Of a DNA stretch of 64,000 nt, positions 27,864 to 40,240 are shown piece by piece (the stretch's first letter is position 1; each line of letters opens with the position of its first letter). A program made the position numbers and the translations under genes. The notes under the pieces are model-generated. The model did not search any database. It saw only the letters and a list, made by a program, of their open reading frames with translations, and was not told where the DNA came from. The stretch is taken from NCBI GenBank assembly GCA_964188305.1, contig OZ076885.1; one strand, written 5' to 3'. The DNA is from Podarcis bocagei (Eukaryota).

Positions 27864-28887
27864 CCATGCCCAACTACTGTCATTTTAAAAACCATTTCTT
27901 TGAACTGCTTACTGTGGTACAGAGAAGCCCTAGACCAGGTGGCTGCTTCTATCAAAAGCAGATATGGGGTCGCACTGGGTGCTGAGCCTCCAGGGTGCCA
28001 CGACGGGTGTCAAAACCATGACATCCAATGGAATGTGAGAGGTAGGGAAGTGCCAGATTTTGGCGCTGCACACAGCACCGTTGAAATTTGAGGTGTCATG
28101 ATTCACCACTGCTACTATCTTCCTTATCAGCAATGTCCCTGGGCCCTCAGGGGACTGTATCCAAGGACTGAACTTGGAACTTTGTTCACATAGCGCCTTT
28201 TGCTTCATTCTGGGCTTCCAAGCTGAATTTCCAGACTAAATTTATGTCCTGGAAAAGTAGTGTGGTACAATTATCATCCCCATCTGACAAAGCAGGAGGA
28301 GAACATTTATGGACCAGTATCTGTTTGACCAGTAGAACATTTAATTCCTTGCCCACATCTTGCAAATTGTCTTAAGGCCACAGCTTTCCATATCAAGAAC
28401 AAGGAGTCAGAAATCACAAGCAGTAATTTAAGAATAACTTTGGCTCATAATAGTCATCCAGTTTTTGGTCTTCCAGCCAAAATCCTCAAGGTACCACAAA
28501 GTATTTAGAATGAAAAATATAACCAAACTTAGAACTATTAGATATACCCCCCCCAAAAAAAAAACCATTATAAAGTAGAACAAGAAATGTCCCATCAGCA
28601 CAAAGGATTCATTAAATCCTATAACTGTCTCCTGTTAAAGATGTGCCAGCCCCCTTCACACATGAACAAACAAATCCCACTGCAGCCAACCAAAGATAAT
28701 CAACCACACCCTAGGCCACCCCAACTTCTCTTACCACCAAGGAAACATAACAAGCAAACAGAAAGAGAACTTTCTCAAGTGACGCTGACACAAAAAACCC
28801 ATGCATACACTAAGTAAAGAACATAAGCTTTACAACCCCAACTGCTCTTCTGCTGTCTCCCCCCCTCCTTTTATTCCCAACCCTATA

Positions 28888-29243
28888 GGACGCGGGTGGC
28901 GCTGTGGTCTAAACTACAGAGCCTAGGACTTGCCGATCAGAAGGTCGGTGGTTCGAATCCCCGCAACAGGATGAGCTCCCATTGCTCGGTCCCAGTTCCT
29001 GCCAACTAGCAGTTCAAAAGCACGTCAGAGTGCAAGTAGGTAAATAGGTACCGCTCCGGCGGGAAGGTAAACGGCATTTCTGTGCGCTGCTCTGGTTCAC
29101 CAGAAGCGGCTTAGTCATGCTGGCCACATGACCTGGAAGCTGTATGCTGGCTCCCTTAGCCAATATAGCGAGATGAGTACCGCAACCCCAGAGTCGTCCG
29201 CGACTGGACCTTACGGTCAGGGTTCCCTTTACCTTTACCTTTT
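28888..29243 (+). mobile_element. Full-length Sauria SINE
   Basis: tRNA-like head (A box TGGCGCTGTGG, B box GGTTCGAATCC), Sauria body (aataggtacc, gtcatgctggccacatgacc), (ACCTTT)n tail. Confidence 0.93.
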
Positions 29244-30509
29244 ATATTGGATATAAAACCAATGTCTCACAACAAATGTAACTGATCTGTAGAAAATACA
29301 ACCTGAAGAAAGAGACAATGCTTGTGTTTTTGTAAACGAGGAAAATCTTTAATAAAAATTATATTTAAAAAAAAAGATGTGCCAGCCAGTTACTCACCCT
29401 TCCCAAACAAGAGTCATAACATCCATCCCACATGTGGTTTGGAAGATGCCACACACAGCGCACCTCAAATCCTCCTTGTTAATTTGGCATTTGCTGCTAA
29501 AAAGTCTAAATGGACTTGGTCCACTAACTAAAACAATTACAAATTGCCTATTATTAGTGATATGGGGGGTTTTGTGGTAATAAATAATCAGCAACTTTTG
29601 CAATGTTGTTTAGTTCAAGGTGATTAGTGTGCAATTAGCACTCTCTTTTGCCCTTGCTCTATATCTGAATTCAATTCAGAAAATACATTTCTAACTACAG
29701 TACTACCAGACTGCCTGCCTAGATCACTGTAATATTGGCCTCCTTGACAAATCAAAACACTGCCTGGAGAGCTACCCAGGATTTACATTTCTACAGATTA
29801 CACAGAAGCAAAGATAAATCCCACAGGACATCTTAAAATCAAACTGCAGAAGCTTATTCTGATTGGACGAGTTCAGATGTTTCTGGAAGACACAACCTTT
29901 TCATTCTATTCCTGCTGCTCAGCTCTCTCAAACTTCTCTACTTGAAGACTGTAGCACAGTGTAACATTATGACAGCACCCACAGCCACACCTCCAAAAGA
30001 GAAAAAAATGCAGGGAGTTGTGTTGACCCTAGATATAGACCACACAGTACACATAATACCCAATTTATTGTAGTGAACAATACAGCCACAGCACACGCTG
30101 TAACTCTCCAAAGGTTTTACTTCACCCCTGAAGGCACACTCTTCCATTCTCTCCAAAGACAATGTAAACAACAACAATTTGAAACAGTATGCAGTTTCCT
30201 GGAAGTGTTACTATTTAAACTGATAGTATGAAGAAACTCCATCGATGAAAAGTAAAGTAGTATCTAGCATTTGCTCAATTTCCTCTCTCTCTCCAATTTC
30301 ATTTGTGACAAACAAACCTGAAAGCTTCATTTACCAGAGCAAGAAGATCAGTAATCTACATGAAGCCTGAAATAAACGGCTGGAGTTAGGCTCCCCAGCA
30401 TTCCCACTCCACTCTAGACCACTGCTTGAATGCCTCTGAGGGCCCCTCTCTGTGCTATCTCTTTCTGTCTCTTTCAAGCCCATGGTGTGATTGGGGAAGG
30501 TTGAAAGAG

Positions 30510-30622
30510 TAGGACACAATCAATCTGGTGCCCTCCAGATGTGTTGGACTACATCAGCCCCATCATGAATGATGAAATTTATAGTCCCAAACATCTGAAG
30601 GGCACCAGATTGGGTAAGGCTG
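30510..30622. mobile_element. Short palindromic hAT-type MITE (other copies ~36465-36535, 37515-37645, 41055-41182)
   Basis: aatctggtgccctccagatgt..ggactac / tagtcc..acatctgaagggcaccagatt foldback. Confidence 0.75.
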
Positions 30623-31566
30623 CTTTACATTATGCTCCCAAACTGCACTTTTTTAATTTAAAAAAACAAACAATTTTTATTGTTTTTTAAACAAATAAAA
30701 ATACAATAACTATCAAACACTTCTCCAGCATTCCACATTAATTGCCATCAGTCTTGTGATCTCTTTCAATTTGTTTTCCAAGCACTCAGTTTGAGTCAAA
30801 ACCCGATGTCACACGTGCCTGCTATTTTCAGCATGCAACTTATTTTAACAACACATGTTAATCATTGAAATACATAACAGACCTTTAAGCCAGACTACAT
30901 AAAACAGTGTATCTGTCATATAACAGTGAATGTTCTCTATTTTCAACTCCATTCACAATTTAATGAAATTAATGTATTTATTTGGTTACTTTCATCACAA
31001 CTTTAAAAGGTAGGACTCTATCCCAAAATAAACCCCTCATACATCAATATTTGAAAGGACATTTTTATTCAACCAAAGATGGTTTGACCTTTTGTCTGAA
31101 GAAATATTTATGTCTTGATTCCAGCATGATACATGTCAATGCTGGTTTATTCTTCCAGTAAGCATCATGATTTATAACATTTATTGCCACTCCTCAAAGC
31201 ACACAGTTATTAGCATTGTAAAGTTAACTCTGATAAAAGCCACTAACACTTCAATCCCACCTGTGTCTACTCAGAAGTAATCCTATGGAATTCAGTGACA
31301 CTTGTGAAGAAAGTGTGCTTATAGCACTCCTTTGCAAAGTAGACCACACTTTGTGCCTATAGCTCTCAGGGGGGAGGAAATTCTGGGGCTCTGGGGCTCT
31401 TTGGCCAACTCTTAAACATGGGCCACATGACAGCATCTAGTTATTTTAATCATCCCCCTGCCAAGATCCCTATCCGTTTTCAAGGGGAGAAGAGCCTGCA
31501 CCCGACTCCCTGTCTCTCCCAGAGATCTAAGCAGCCTGTTTTTCTCTGTCAACCCTCATTCTATAG

Positions 31567-32300
31567 CAGTGTTTCCCAACCTTTTTTGGGCAAAGGCACA
31601 CTTGTTTGAGGAAAAAAATCTCGCGGCACACCACCATTACAGCCCCGTGACGTCAGCGCGCAGCGTCACGCCGGGAGGGACGCACGAAAGTGAAAGTTTT
31701 CAATTTTTCCCCTCCCCCTTGCCGGGGAACCTCCAAGCTTTGGGGGTGGGGGGGGAGGAGGCAGCAAAGCGAGGGACTGAGGGACGGCGGCAGCTGAGGC
31801 GGCGGCGGCTGTTGTGGTGGTGGCGGCGATAGCGGGCGGAGGAGGGGGCGGCGGCAAGGCCGAGGTGGCCGGCGGCGGCGGGGGAGGCAGCGGCGGGTGG
31901 AGCAGGAGGGCGGCCGAGGCCGGTGAGGGAGTAGGGTTGCCCGGGGCTTGAGGAGCCGTCGCCGGGAGTTGCTGCTGCTGTTGTTGCTGCTGCTGCCCGT
32001 ACATGCCGGCCTCCTCCTCGTCCGCTGTCTCGCGCTCCTCCCTTTTGCACGCGCTGCCCCGCCACCGCCCCATTGGCTGGGTCCTGTCAGCTGATCCTGT
32101 GTTATTTCCTGTGTGTGTGTGTGAGGGGAGAATGGAGAGAGAAGCCTCGGCACCACCACCGCGGAGCCACCCCCGGCTCGACGCGGATCCTCGCCGCCGC
32201 CGCCTCTCACCGCCCGACTCGCCCGCCTCCCTCCCACGGCACACCAGCCAACTTCTCACGGCACACTAGTGTGCCGCGGAACACCGGTTGGGAAACACTG
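31567..32300. mobile_element. Non-autonomous hAT element carrying GC-rich cargo
   Basis: Perfect 15-bp TIRs CAGTGTTTCCCAACC / GGTTGGGAAACACTG, perfect 8-bp TSD TTCTATAG (31559-31566, 32301-32308), subterminal CGGCACAC repeats. Confidence 0.95.
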
Positions 32301-32453
32301 TTCTATAGCTTTGTAGCATAAACCAAGGGTCTTAGGCTCATGGGAGGGTTTTCTTCAACCCTGTGAGTTGGCAGTAAAGCCAATTTGTTAAATATATAAC
32401 ATTTCTTAGGGATGAAAAGCGCAAGGGAGAGAACAAAGGGACAAAACAGACTA

Positions 32454-32693
32454 CAGTGGTACCTCAGGTGAAGAACTTAATTCGTTCCGGAGGTCCGTTC
32501 TTAACCTGAAACTGTTCTTAACCTGAAGCACCACTTTAGCTAATGGGGCCTCCTGCTGCTGCCACGCTGCTGCCACGCAATTTCTGTTCTCATGCTGAAG
32601 CAAAGTTCTTAACCTGAGGTACTATTTCTGGGTTAGTGGAGTCTGTAACCTGGAGTCTATAACATGAAGCGTCTGTAACCCGAGATACCACTG
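32454..32693. mobile_element. Tc1/pogo(Tigger)-type MITE, copy 4
   Basis: TIRs and TA TSD. Confidence 0.92.
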
Positions 32694-32738
32694 TATTGAA
32701 ACAAGAGTTTGAAAATAAAAGGAGCTCTTACATCTCAA

Positions 32739-32860
32739 CATGGGCGTAGCCAGGATTTTTGTTAGGGGGAGCAGGCCCCCAGTTAGCTATGTACAGTATT
32801 TTTATTGAATTTTATTGATGGGGGGCAGCTGCCCCTCCCTGCCCCTCGGCTACGCCCATG
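32739..32860. mobile_element. hAT-type MITE
   Basis: 13-bp perfect TIR CATGGGCGTAGCC; 8-bp TSD CATCTCAA/CATCTCCA (7/8 match). Confidence 0.85.
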
Positions 32861-35800
32861 CATCTCCAATCTAGCTTATCCTGAACCAGTTAGTTACAGA
32901 CATGCTGGTCTCCTGATGAGTAACACCATGTGTGCAAAGGTCATTTGCATGGCCTTCTGATGGTTGGAGAGGGATGGAATGTGAAGGACCCTGGTGTGAG
33001 GGACTGCAAGACCACATCCCATCTTAAGGGCTTAAATGACAGTTGACATTTGTCCAGCAATCAGCTCATGCCACTTTCATCAGAAAACCAATGTGGTCCT
33101 TTTGACACTGCACTTACTCCCAGGTAAGTGGCGTTAGGATTACAGCCTAAATTCTGAATTCATGATAACGGGCTCCTCAGTCCCTGGTGGCTTTTATTTC
33201 CCACAGCTCATCACAAAATTGGGTTCGGATTCAATAGTTTGCAGGGATCCCTGACTGAAATAAATGAAAGTAAGGAATTCCAATTCAAGCCAAAAGTAAA
33301 ATCTTAGGGATGGAACAGCTATCAACAATGCGTTCCTTCCAGAGTACCGTGTAAAATTTGCCAACACAATTTATATTTCTGCATGAAATTATTTGCTTTT
33401 GTCTTGTAACAGACTAATCAGATTTGATGGAGTGACACAAAGACAGCAATATTGTTGGCTTTTGTTTCATAACTAATTTGTGAACTGCCTTGTTTTGGTG
33501 TGCAAACCACATAGTTGAGCATTAGCCCCAAGTTAAGCGGTAATATGATCCATTTAGTGGCACACTTATCGAGTCAGTTCTGCTGCTGTTTATTTAAATG
33601 GAAACTGAAAGATTAGCTAGCCAGCAAACACCAGGCATTCCACACAGGAAATTGAAAGGACTCTAGGTCCCCCCTCTAATGAGAGAACTTTTGACAAGGT
33701 CTCCTAAACAGTTTCCTGTTCTGAAGAATAATCATCGTAAGCATCCAGAAGAAAAAGACACCCTACAAAATGTACACATATTAGAAAAGCCAAAATATAT
33801 TTAAATGATTGGCACTCTGTTAATTCCCAAGTGCTTCTATTAATGTTACTGCCTCCAGGATGTACTTTTCCTGTGGTTATGGTCTTCATTAATAATTGCC
33901 ACTGCCCTTGTAAAAATATTAACTCCTTAAAACAAAAAGAGCTTTCAAGGTGGAGGGGGGACACAGTAGTAACTATCAACAGTCAATAGAAAACTACAAC
34001 TATTAGTAGCCATTGAACTATTCCTTAAAAGTCTCCTCCAAAATGACATTAAACAGCATGAGTTGCATTTCTTAAGCATTAGTGCACCAATGCCTCTTGG
34101 ACCATTTTGCACACCAAAGCGTATGATACATGCTGGACTATTTATTAAGTTTGAAAATATTAGCTAACAAACATTTACCACAGTCTCAGAGCCCTGTGTT
34201 CAATATTTCAAAGCAACGTAATTTTCTATGGTGGGATCAGTGACGTTGGTTGCCATTATATTAATAAACTAAATTTCACCAGCTGTAATATTCACATAAA
34301 CGAACAATTCTGATAACCAAGTAGACTCTGTTCCTTTAAAAAAAAAAAAGTTGACCATTCCTCTAACTAGTGTTTTATATGGATATAAGCAGTCACAGTA
34401 ATTGGCAATCATTTTTGTAAAAGAAGAGATCAAAATAACTCTGAGACTGCATTCACAGACTATATCTTGTAACTTCTACATCTCAATTTGGTTATGTAAA
34501 AAAGAAATGTGATTTGAGGATGTAAAACTAAGTGGTTCAAGTTTAAGTTTTCTACTTTTGCCACCTGCCAGGGAATATCCCCAGGGAATGCTGCCACAAT
34601 CCCTGATTCTTCACACCCTAGGACAAGTGATATTTTCCATTTCTGTTCCATTCTGTTTAGCCAGACATGCTGACTTTGATTTGAGCTAGATGCGTTATGC
34701 ATTGAGTGGTGGGGAAAATAAAGGTAGGCAGGCAGGTATACGGTGAAGCTTTCGGCATAGTGGCAGCTAAGCAATATTGCGCCACACACTAGCCTTATTG
34801 CAATCAGGGGATGGGGGGAGGAGTCAGGAATTATTTTCTTCTTTCAAGTCCAAACTAAAGACATCTCTTTTTTTTCTGCGCTCACACTTTCTGTACTATG
34901 CATGCTTAAAGTATTTAACAGTGGAACAGCATTTCAGAACCTGATGCTGAAAGCTCTTCTTAAAGTAGGCAGCCCAGAGCAGAAACAGATTGTTTAGGCA
35001 ACAATCTTAACCTGGCCTACCTTGAAGAAAGTTCCATTTAATTCAACAATACTTACTGTACTTATGAGTCAACATGGTTAGGGTTAAAGTCCTGCTACCT
35101 ACACTTCTTCTTTTACTTTAGTAAGCTGTGCAACACGAGCCATTGTATTTACACATGGAGAAGCTATCCATTATTTATGCTACTACCTCCTCTCATAGTT
35201 AATGGTTCTTGCTTCACACTTGATGCTATAACAATTATATCAGTGCTTATCTAAAACTATTATTGCCTTTGATTTTTTTCATTTTGACAAAATTTATATT
35301 CTACACAGCAATGGATAAACTTCAATTTCATTGTTCATCCTATATTTCTTGGTTATCTGAATCATGTTACCAGCGGCTTGATCCTATGTTTGTTAGTAGC
35401 TGCATTTAGGAATCCAGCCTCAGAAGATTTTTCTGATGATGCCTTGCTTCTGATTAATCCGGAGTCTCTCATATTAGTTTTTCTGGAAAAAACATATTGT
35501 CTGCTGCGCCTTTCATTTTAAAGATGATTCCCTCACTTTATACTACATGGAATGAGTGCCTTGTTAGCATAGTCTAAACAGCCAAATGTAGTTTCTCAAA
35601 TTAATGTTGATATTTCCAGCTGCAAAGCCCTACTTCCAACAGTACAATAGCAACTTTGTTGGTGCTGAAAGACTGATTTCATCATTTAAGAATCTAAGGT
35701 GCTTAAAGATGCTAGACTAGAGCTTGAGACTGATAGTCTTCTTTTTGTCCAAAAGAACTACTCAACGATATCAGGAGTTCTTGTTGTCTTACATTTAGGG

Positions 35801-38050
35801 TAGCAAGTAAGAATGTGAAGTGACAATGGGCAAAATTGTCATATTTCACTGGACTCTGGTTATGAAACTCTACAAGCTAATATAAGTACCTGTAGAGAGA
35901 AAGTGGGGGGAAAATGGGCCCCAACACTTTACTCCATTAACAAGCTCTTCCATGATTGTAACTCTTTTGTAAATGCAAGTGCCTTCCCATTCACAGAATG
36001 ACAAGTTAGGATCCAAGCCATAGATATGAATTTGCTTCCTTTCAACTTTAATAATGAATAATTTCCTCCATTTAAGTGAATTGGTTATTAGCAAGAGATT
36101 AAAATCCTGTCCTAAAACAAGTTATATTATTGCTTATTCCAACTCTACAATTATGTGATTCTATGACTTAATTTACAGCCAATAACAAAGGCTAGAATTC
36201 CATGCGTACTTATGTAGGAATAAATCCCATTGATTATAATATGCCAACATGTAGAGCACTGCAATGTTAGTAAGTTAATTTGTTTAGACAGTTGGTTGAA
36301 ACAAACTTTGCAAACTTGTGCAAAGTTTACAAACAAAATAAATTCCAGGTTAACAGCCAGATACACTGATCCATTTTGTGTCAGGAGGCCTTACACTGTG
36401 CCTTATATTTGTAATTTGTTGCCAAGCTGAAGTATGAAAAGAAACCATTTCCCTATTTACAGCATGGCCTATGGACAGGAATGGTGGGTGCTGGATCCCA
36501 GCAAAATCTGGAGGACCACCCAGGATAGCTGCCCCAATTTACAGGTAACATTTTGTTCACCTTTAAAGCCAGTGTCACTCCTTATCCAGTCTATATGCTG
36601 CTAATTCTAATAAATTAATAGTCTAATGATCTGCATTAATTCATAACTAATGCTACCACAACAAGTATTTATCATGTCATTAAAGATTATTTCTATGAAG
36701 CAGCTTCTGTTACAATATCTTTCTAGGAAGAGAGGACAGCTGTACAAACTTTTTGAAAAGCTAGCATATCCTAACAAATTACAACTATCCAGCACATGGA
36801 CAAATAGGTCAGGGCCAAATTATCATTCCTCTCAACTTTTCTTAACCACCAGTTATATCTTATTTGTGGTTTCTCAGCTCATATTAAATCCAATCATATA
36901 TATTTAATCCCATCCTTAAAAATTTTAGTAGACAGCTTGAGTGCTAACCCTGCAACTGGCCTGTCAGAAAATCTTTGATGTCACAGCATAATGCCTCCTG
37001 AAAGAACAGCAGTAATACTTAATGTAACATGAAACCAAGGCCCTGCAGTGGGCTTGTCTCCTGTCAGGAACAAACAGTTTCACTGTGGTGCCCCAGAAGT
37101 GACAAGGATTGAGACCTAGCAGGGCTGTACCTTCCTGACTTTTCCATGAGACCTGGCACTAGAGTCACTAGAGAGAAGATTCAATATTGTCACGGCAAAT
37201 ACGCCAGCTGCAACTTTGGCGGGGGGAAGAGGGGGGAGCCCGATTGAATCACTCCACATTACAAGTCTGAGAATAATAAGCAGATTTTCACACATTATTA
37301 ATAATTTTAATAGCATACCTAACTCTAAGAGCAGTTCCCAAGAATTCAGTCACATTTATTTAGAAAGTCTTTCTAAGAAAGGGCGTTTCAGACTGTGGCT
37401 TAACTTAAAGAATTTTCTTCAGTATGACGCAAGCTATATAGAGATCTCAGAGCAAAAGGAAATGATGCTCTTATTGATGTTACTCTTACTGATACTGATA
37501 ATCACTTAGAACAGCGTTAGGACACTGTGGGCCTCCAAATGTTGTTGGACTTCACCTCCTAACAGCCCCATCCAGCAAGGCTGGCTCAGGTCAGAGATAA
37601 TGCAAGTCTGGAGCAACATCTGCAGGGCCATAGCTTCCCTACCCTAATTTGGATTATAGCTACGTTATGTACAATATACAACCTGCTTATTTATAACCAT
37701 CTCTCTTACTTGCCAAATACCAGAGTAATAAACCTAAACAAAAGAGAATGCAATATCGGAAACATTCATCAGATTTGAACCACCCTGATATCTATGGATG
37801 AAGGGTGATATCTATATTTAATAAATAAAATAAAAATAAAAGGAGCACAGCATTTTTGCATGGGTTTGACTCTGAATAGACTCTTGTAGCACACTTATTT
37901 CCAGAAAGAAATACTTCATTTTAAAAATACATTTTCATGTCAGTTTTCAAAAACCAGGGACTCCCCAAAGTGGCTCTGTTATAAAAGTTTCTAAAAGACA
38001 GAAGCTAAAAAAGGAGCATCAAACATCAAGCCATGTATATCACATCACAA

Positions 38051-39127
38051 AATCATAGAATCATAGAGTTGGAAGAGACCACAAGGGCCATCGAGTCCAA
38101 CCCCCTGCCAAGCAGGAAACACCATCAGAGCACTCCTGACATATGGTTGTCAAGCCTCTGCTTAAAGGCCTCCAAAGAAGGAGACTCCACCACACTCCTT
38201 GGCAGCAAATTCCACTGTCGAACAGCTCTTACTGTCAGGAAGTTCTTCCTAATGTTTAGGTGGACTCTTCTTTCTTGTAGTTTGGATCCATTGCTCCGTG
38301 TCCGCTTCTCTGGAGCAGCAGAAAACAACCTTTCTCCCTCCTCTATGTGACATCCTTTTATATATTTGAACATGGCTATCATATCACCCCTTAACCTCCT
38401 CTTCTCCAGGCTAAACATGCCCAGCTCCCTTAGCCGTTCCTCACAAGGCATCGTTTCCAGGCCTTTGACCATTTTGGTTGCCCTCCTCTGGACACGTTCC
38501 AGTTTGTCAGTGTCCTTCTTGAATTGTGGTGCCCAGAACTGGACACAGTACTCCAGGTGAGGTCTGACCAGAGCAGAATACAGTCGCACTATTACTTCCC
38601 TTGATCTAGATGCTATACTCCTATTGATGCAGCCCAGAATTGCATTGGCTTTTTTAGCTGCCGCGTCACACTGTTGGCTCATGTCAAGTTTATGGTCAAC
38701 CAAGACTCCTAGATCCTTTTCACATGTACTGCTCTCAAGCCAGGTGTCACCCATCTTGTATTTGTGCCTCTCATTTTTTTTTGCCCAAGTGCAATACTTT
38801 ACATTTCTCCCTGTTAAAATTCATCTTGTTTGTTTTTGCCCAGTTCTCTAATCTGTCAAGGTCGTTTTGAAGTGTGATCCTGTCCTCTGGGGTGTTAGCC
38901 ACCCCTCCCAGTTTGGTGTCATCTGCAAATTTGATCAGGATGCCCTTGAGTCCATCATCCAAGTCGTTGATAAAGATGTTGAATAAGACCGGGCCCAAGA
39001 CAGAACCCTGTGGCACCCCACTAGTCACTCTTCTCCAGGATGAAGAGGAACCATTGATGAGAACCCTTTGGGTTCGGTCAGTCAGCCAGTTACAAATCCA
39101 CTGAGTGGTAGCATAGTCAAGACCGCA
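38051..39127 (-). mobile_element. Young 5'-truncated CR1 LINE (RT C-terminal half plus 3' tail)
   Basis: ORFs contain [43 protein letters not shown] and RRLRGD CR1 RT motifs. (ATTCTATG)n-type 3' tail at 38051-38067. Confidence 0.97.
38125..39127 (-). pseudogene. CR1 ORF2 reverse transcriptase fragment, one +1 frameshift in an A9 run at ~38774-38782
   Basis: Two supplied ORFs (38771-39265, 38125-38754) join as ...[15 protein letters not shown]... if one A is removed. Confidence 0.9.
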
Positions 39128-39299
39128 TGACCATACGCTGAAAGAATTTGAAACAAGAGCAAAACTAAATAAGGCACCCAACTTTCCTAGATGAAGGCAA
39201 ATAAAAGATTTTGTTTTAGCACCCAAAAGTAAACAGGAAGTTTTATAGAAGGGGGTCATGATCAAAATGAGATCTGTCTTATGTTCTCATTTGTATCTA

Positions 39300-39640
39300 T
39301 TGCTGGGTCTGCAAGCAGGGCCTCCTTGGCCAAACTCAAGATGCAGAGGCACTCCTATGTTGCAAGTGAGCCATCAAATAATTTGTCCCAAACAGTTTAG
39401 GGGTTTAAAGGTCAAAACCAGCACTTCAAATTGAGTTCAGAAGCAAATAGGCTGGCAGTGCAGCCAATATTTATTATTGGAGTGATATGCTCCCACAAGC
39501 ATTTGGGGAGCTGTATCCTGTACTAGCTGAAGCTTCCAAGCCCCCTTCAAAGACAGCCTCATGTAGAGCAAATTACAACCGTCAAGTCTGGATGTAACTT
39601 AACAGCATAAGTAACTTAGGCAAGGATTACAGCTGGCATA
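39300..39640 (-). mobile_element. Decayed L2 fragment
   Basis: Same C-terminal L2 region as the 44.1 kb copy, more diverged (tttaaaggtcaaaaccagcacttcaaattg). Confidence 0.6.
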
Positions 39641-40121
39641 GAAGAGTTCATCTCTATTCAAAACATTTGAAGACTCACATGTAACTAGTTTAGGTCATGA
39701 AAAATTAGGTTGCTAAATTTATTTGCTTTCTTCAAAAGCCAGTATGTCATTCCAAATACAGCTTGAATTAAACCATGTTGATTTGGGGCAAAAAAAGGAG
39801 TAATTTTTAAAGTTTCCAAAATCTAGCCTCTGACCAATTTGCATTCATCAAGCATAGTGGGTGGTATCCAACACTTTCTGCCCACTGATAGAGGGAATAT
39901 GTCAACAAAACTGTGAGGGGAGCATTTTTTTTGTCATTTCTTCTCCACCATACAGCCCCCAGCTTCCCCTCCATCTGTTTCGGGGAGTCTCCTGGCCCTC
40001 CCGAACATCTTAGAGGATGCCCTTAGCAAGGGGAATCATTTAAAACAGCAACATACACACCAATCTGATGAAGGAATCCTTCTGTAGTGGATGGACACCA
40101 CTGGATAACCCAGTGTGTTTT

Positions 40122-40240
40122 GCATCTGATAAAAGTGGAGTGTACCACAATAGCTTATGCTATAAATACATTTATTAGCCTTTAAGGTGCTACAATACTG
40201 CAACAGAGTAACACAGCTCACAGCTGTCTCTCCGGAAACT
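40122..40240 (+). mobile_element. Older Penelope-like terminal remnant with a degenerate hammerhead
   Basis: gcat-CTGATAA-aa-gtgg..ccac-AATA-gctt-atgc followed by ttagcctttaaggtgctacaa..taacacagct, homologous to the 14.3 kb element. Confidence 0.6.

Noticed and set aside
28888-28960. tRNA genes (also 10445 and 44480-44557)
   Set aside because: A/B boxes continue into SINE bodies and tails; no intact cloverleaf.
31653-32321. Overlapping 80-197 aa ORFs as a host gene exon
   Set aside because: They lie essentially inside a TIR/TSD-bounded transposon and GC-rich DNA lacks stops. Treated as cargo, not a resident gene.
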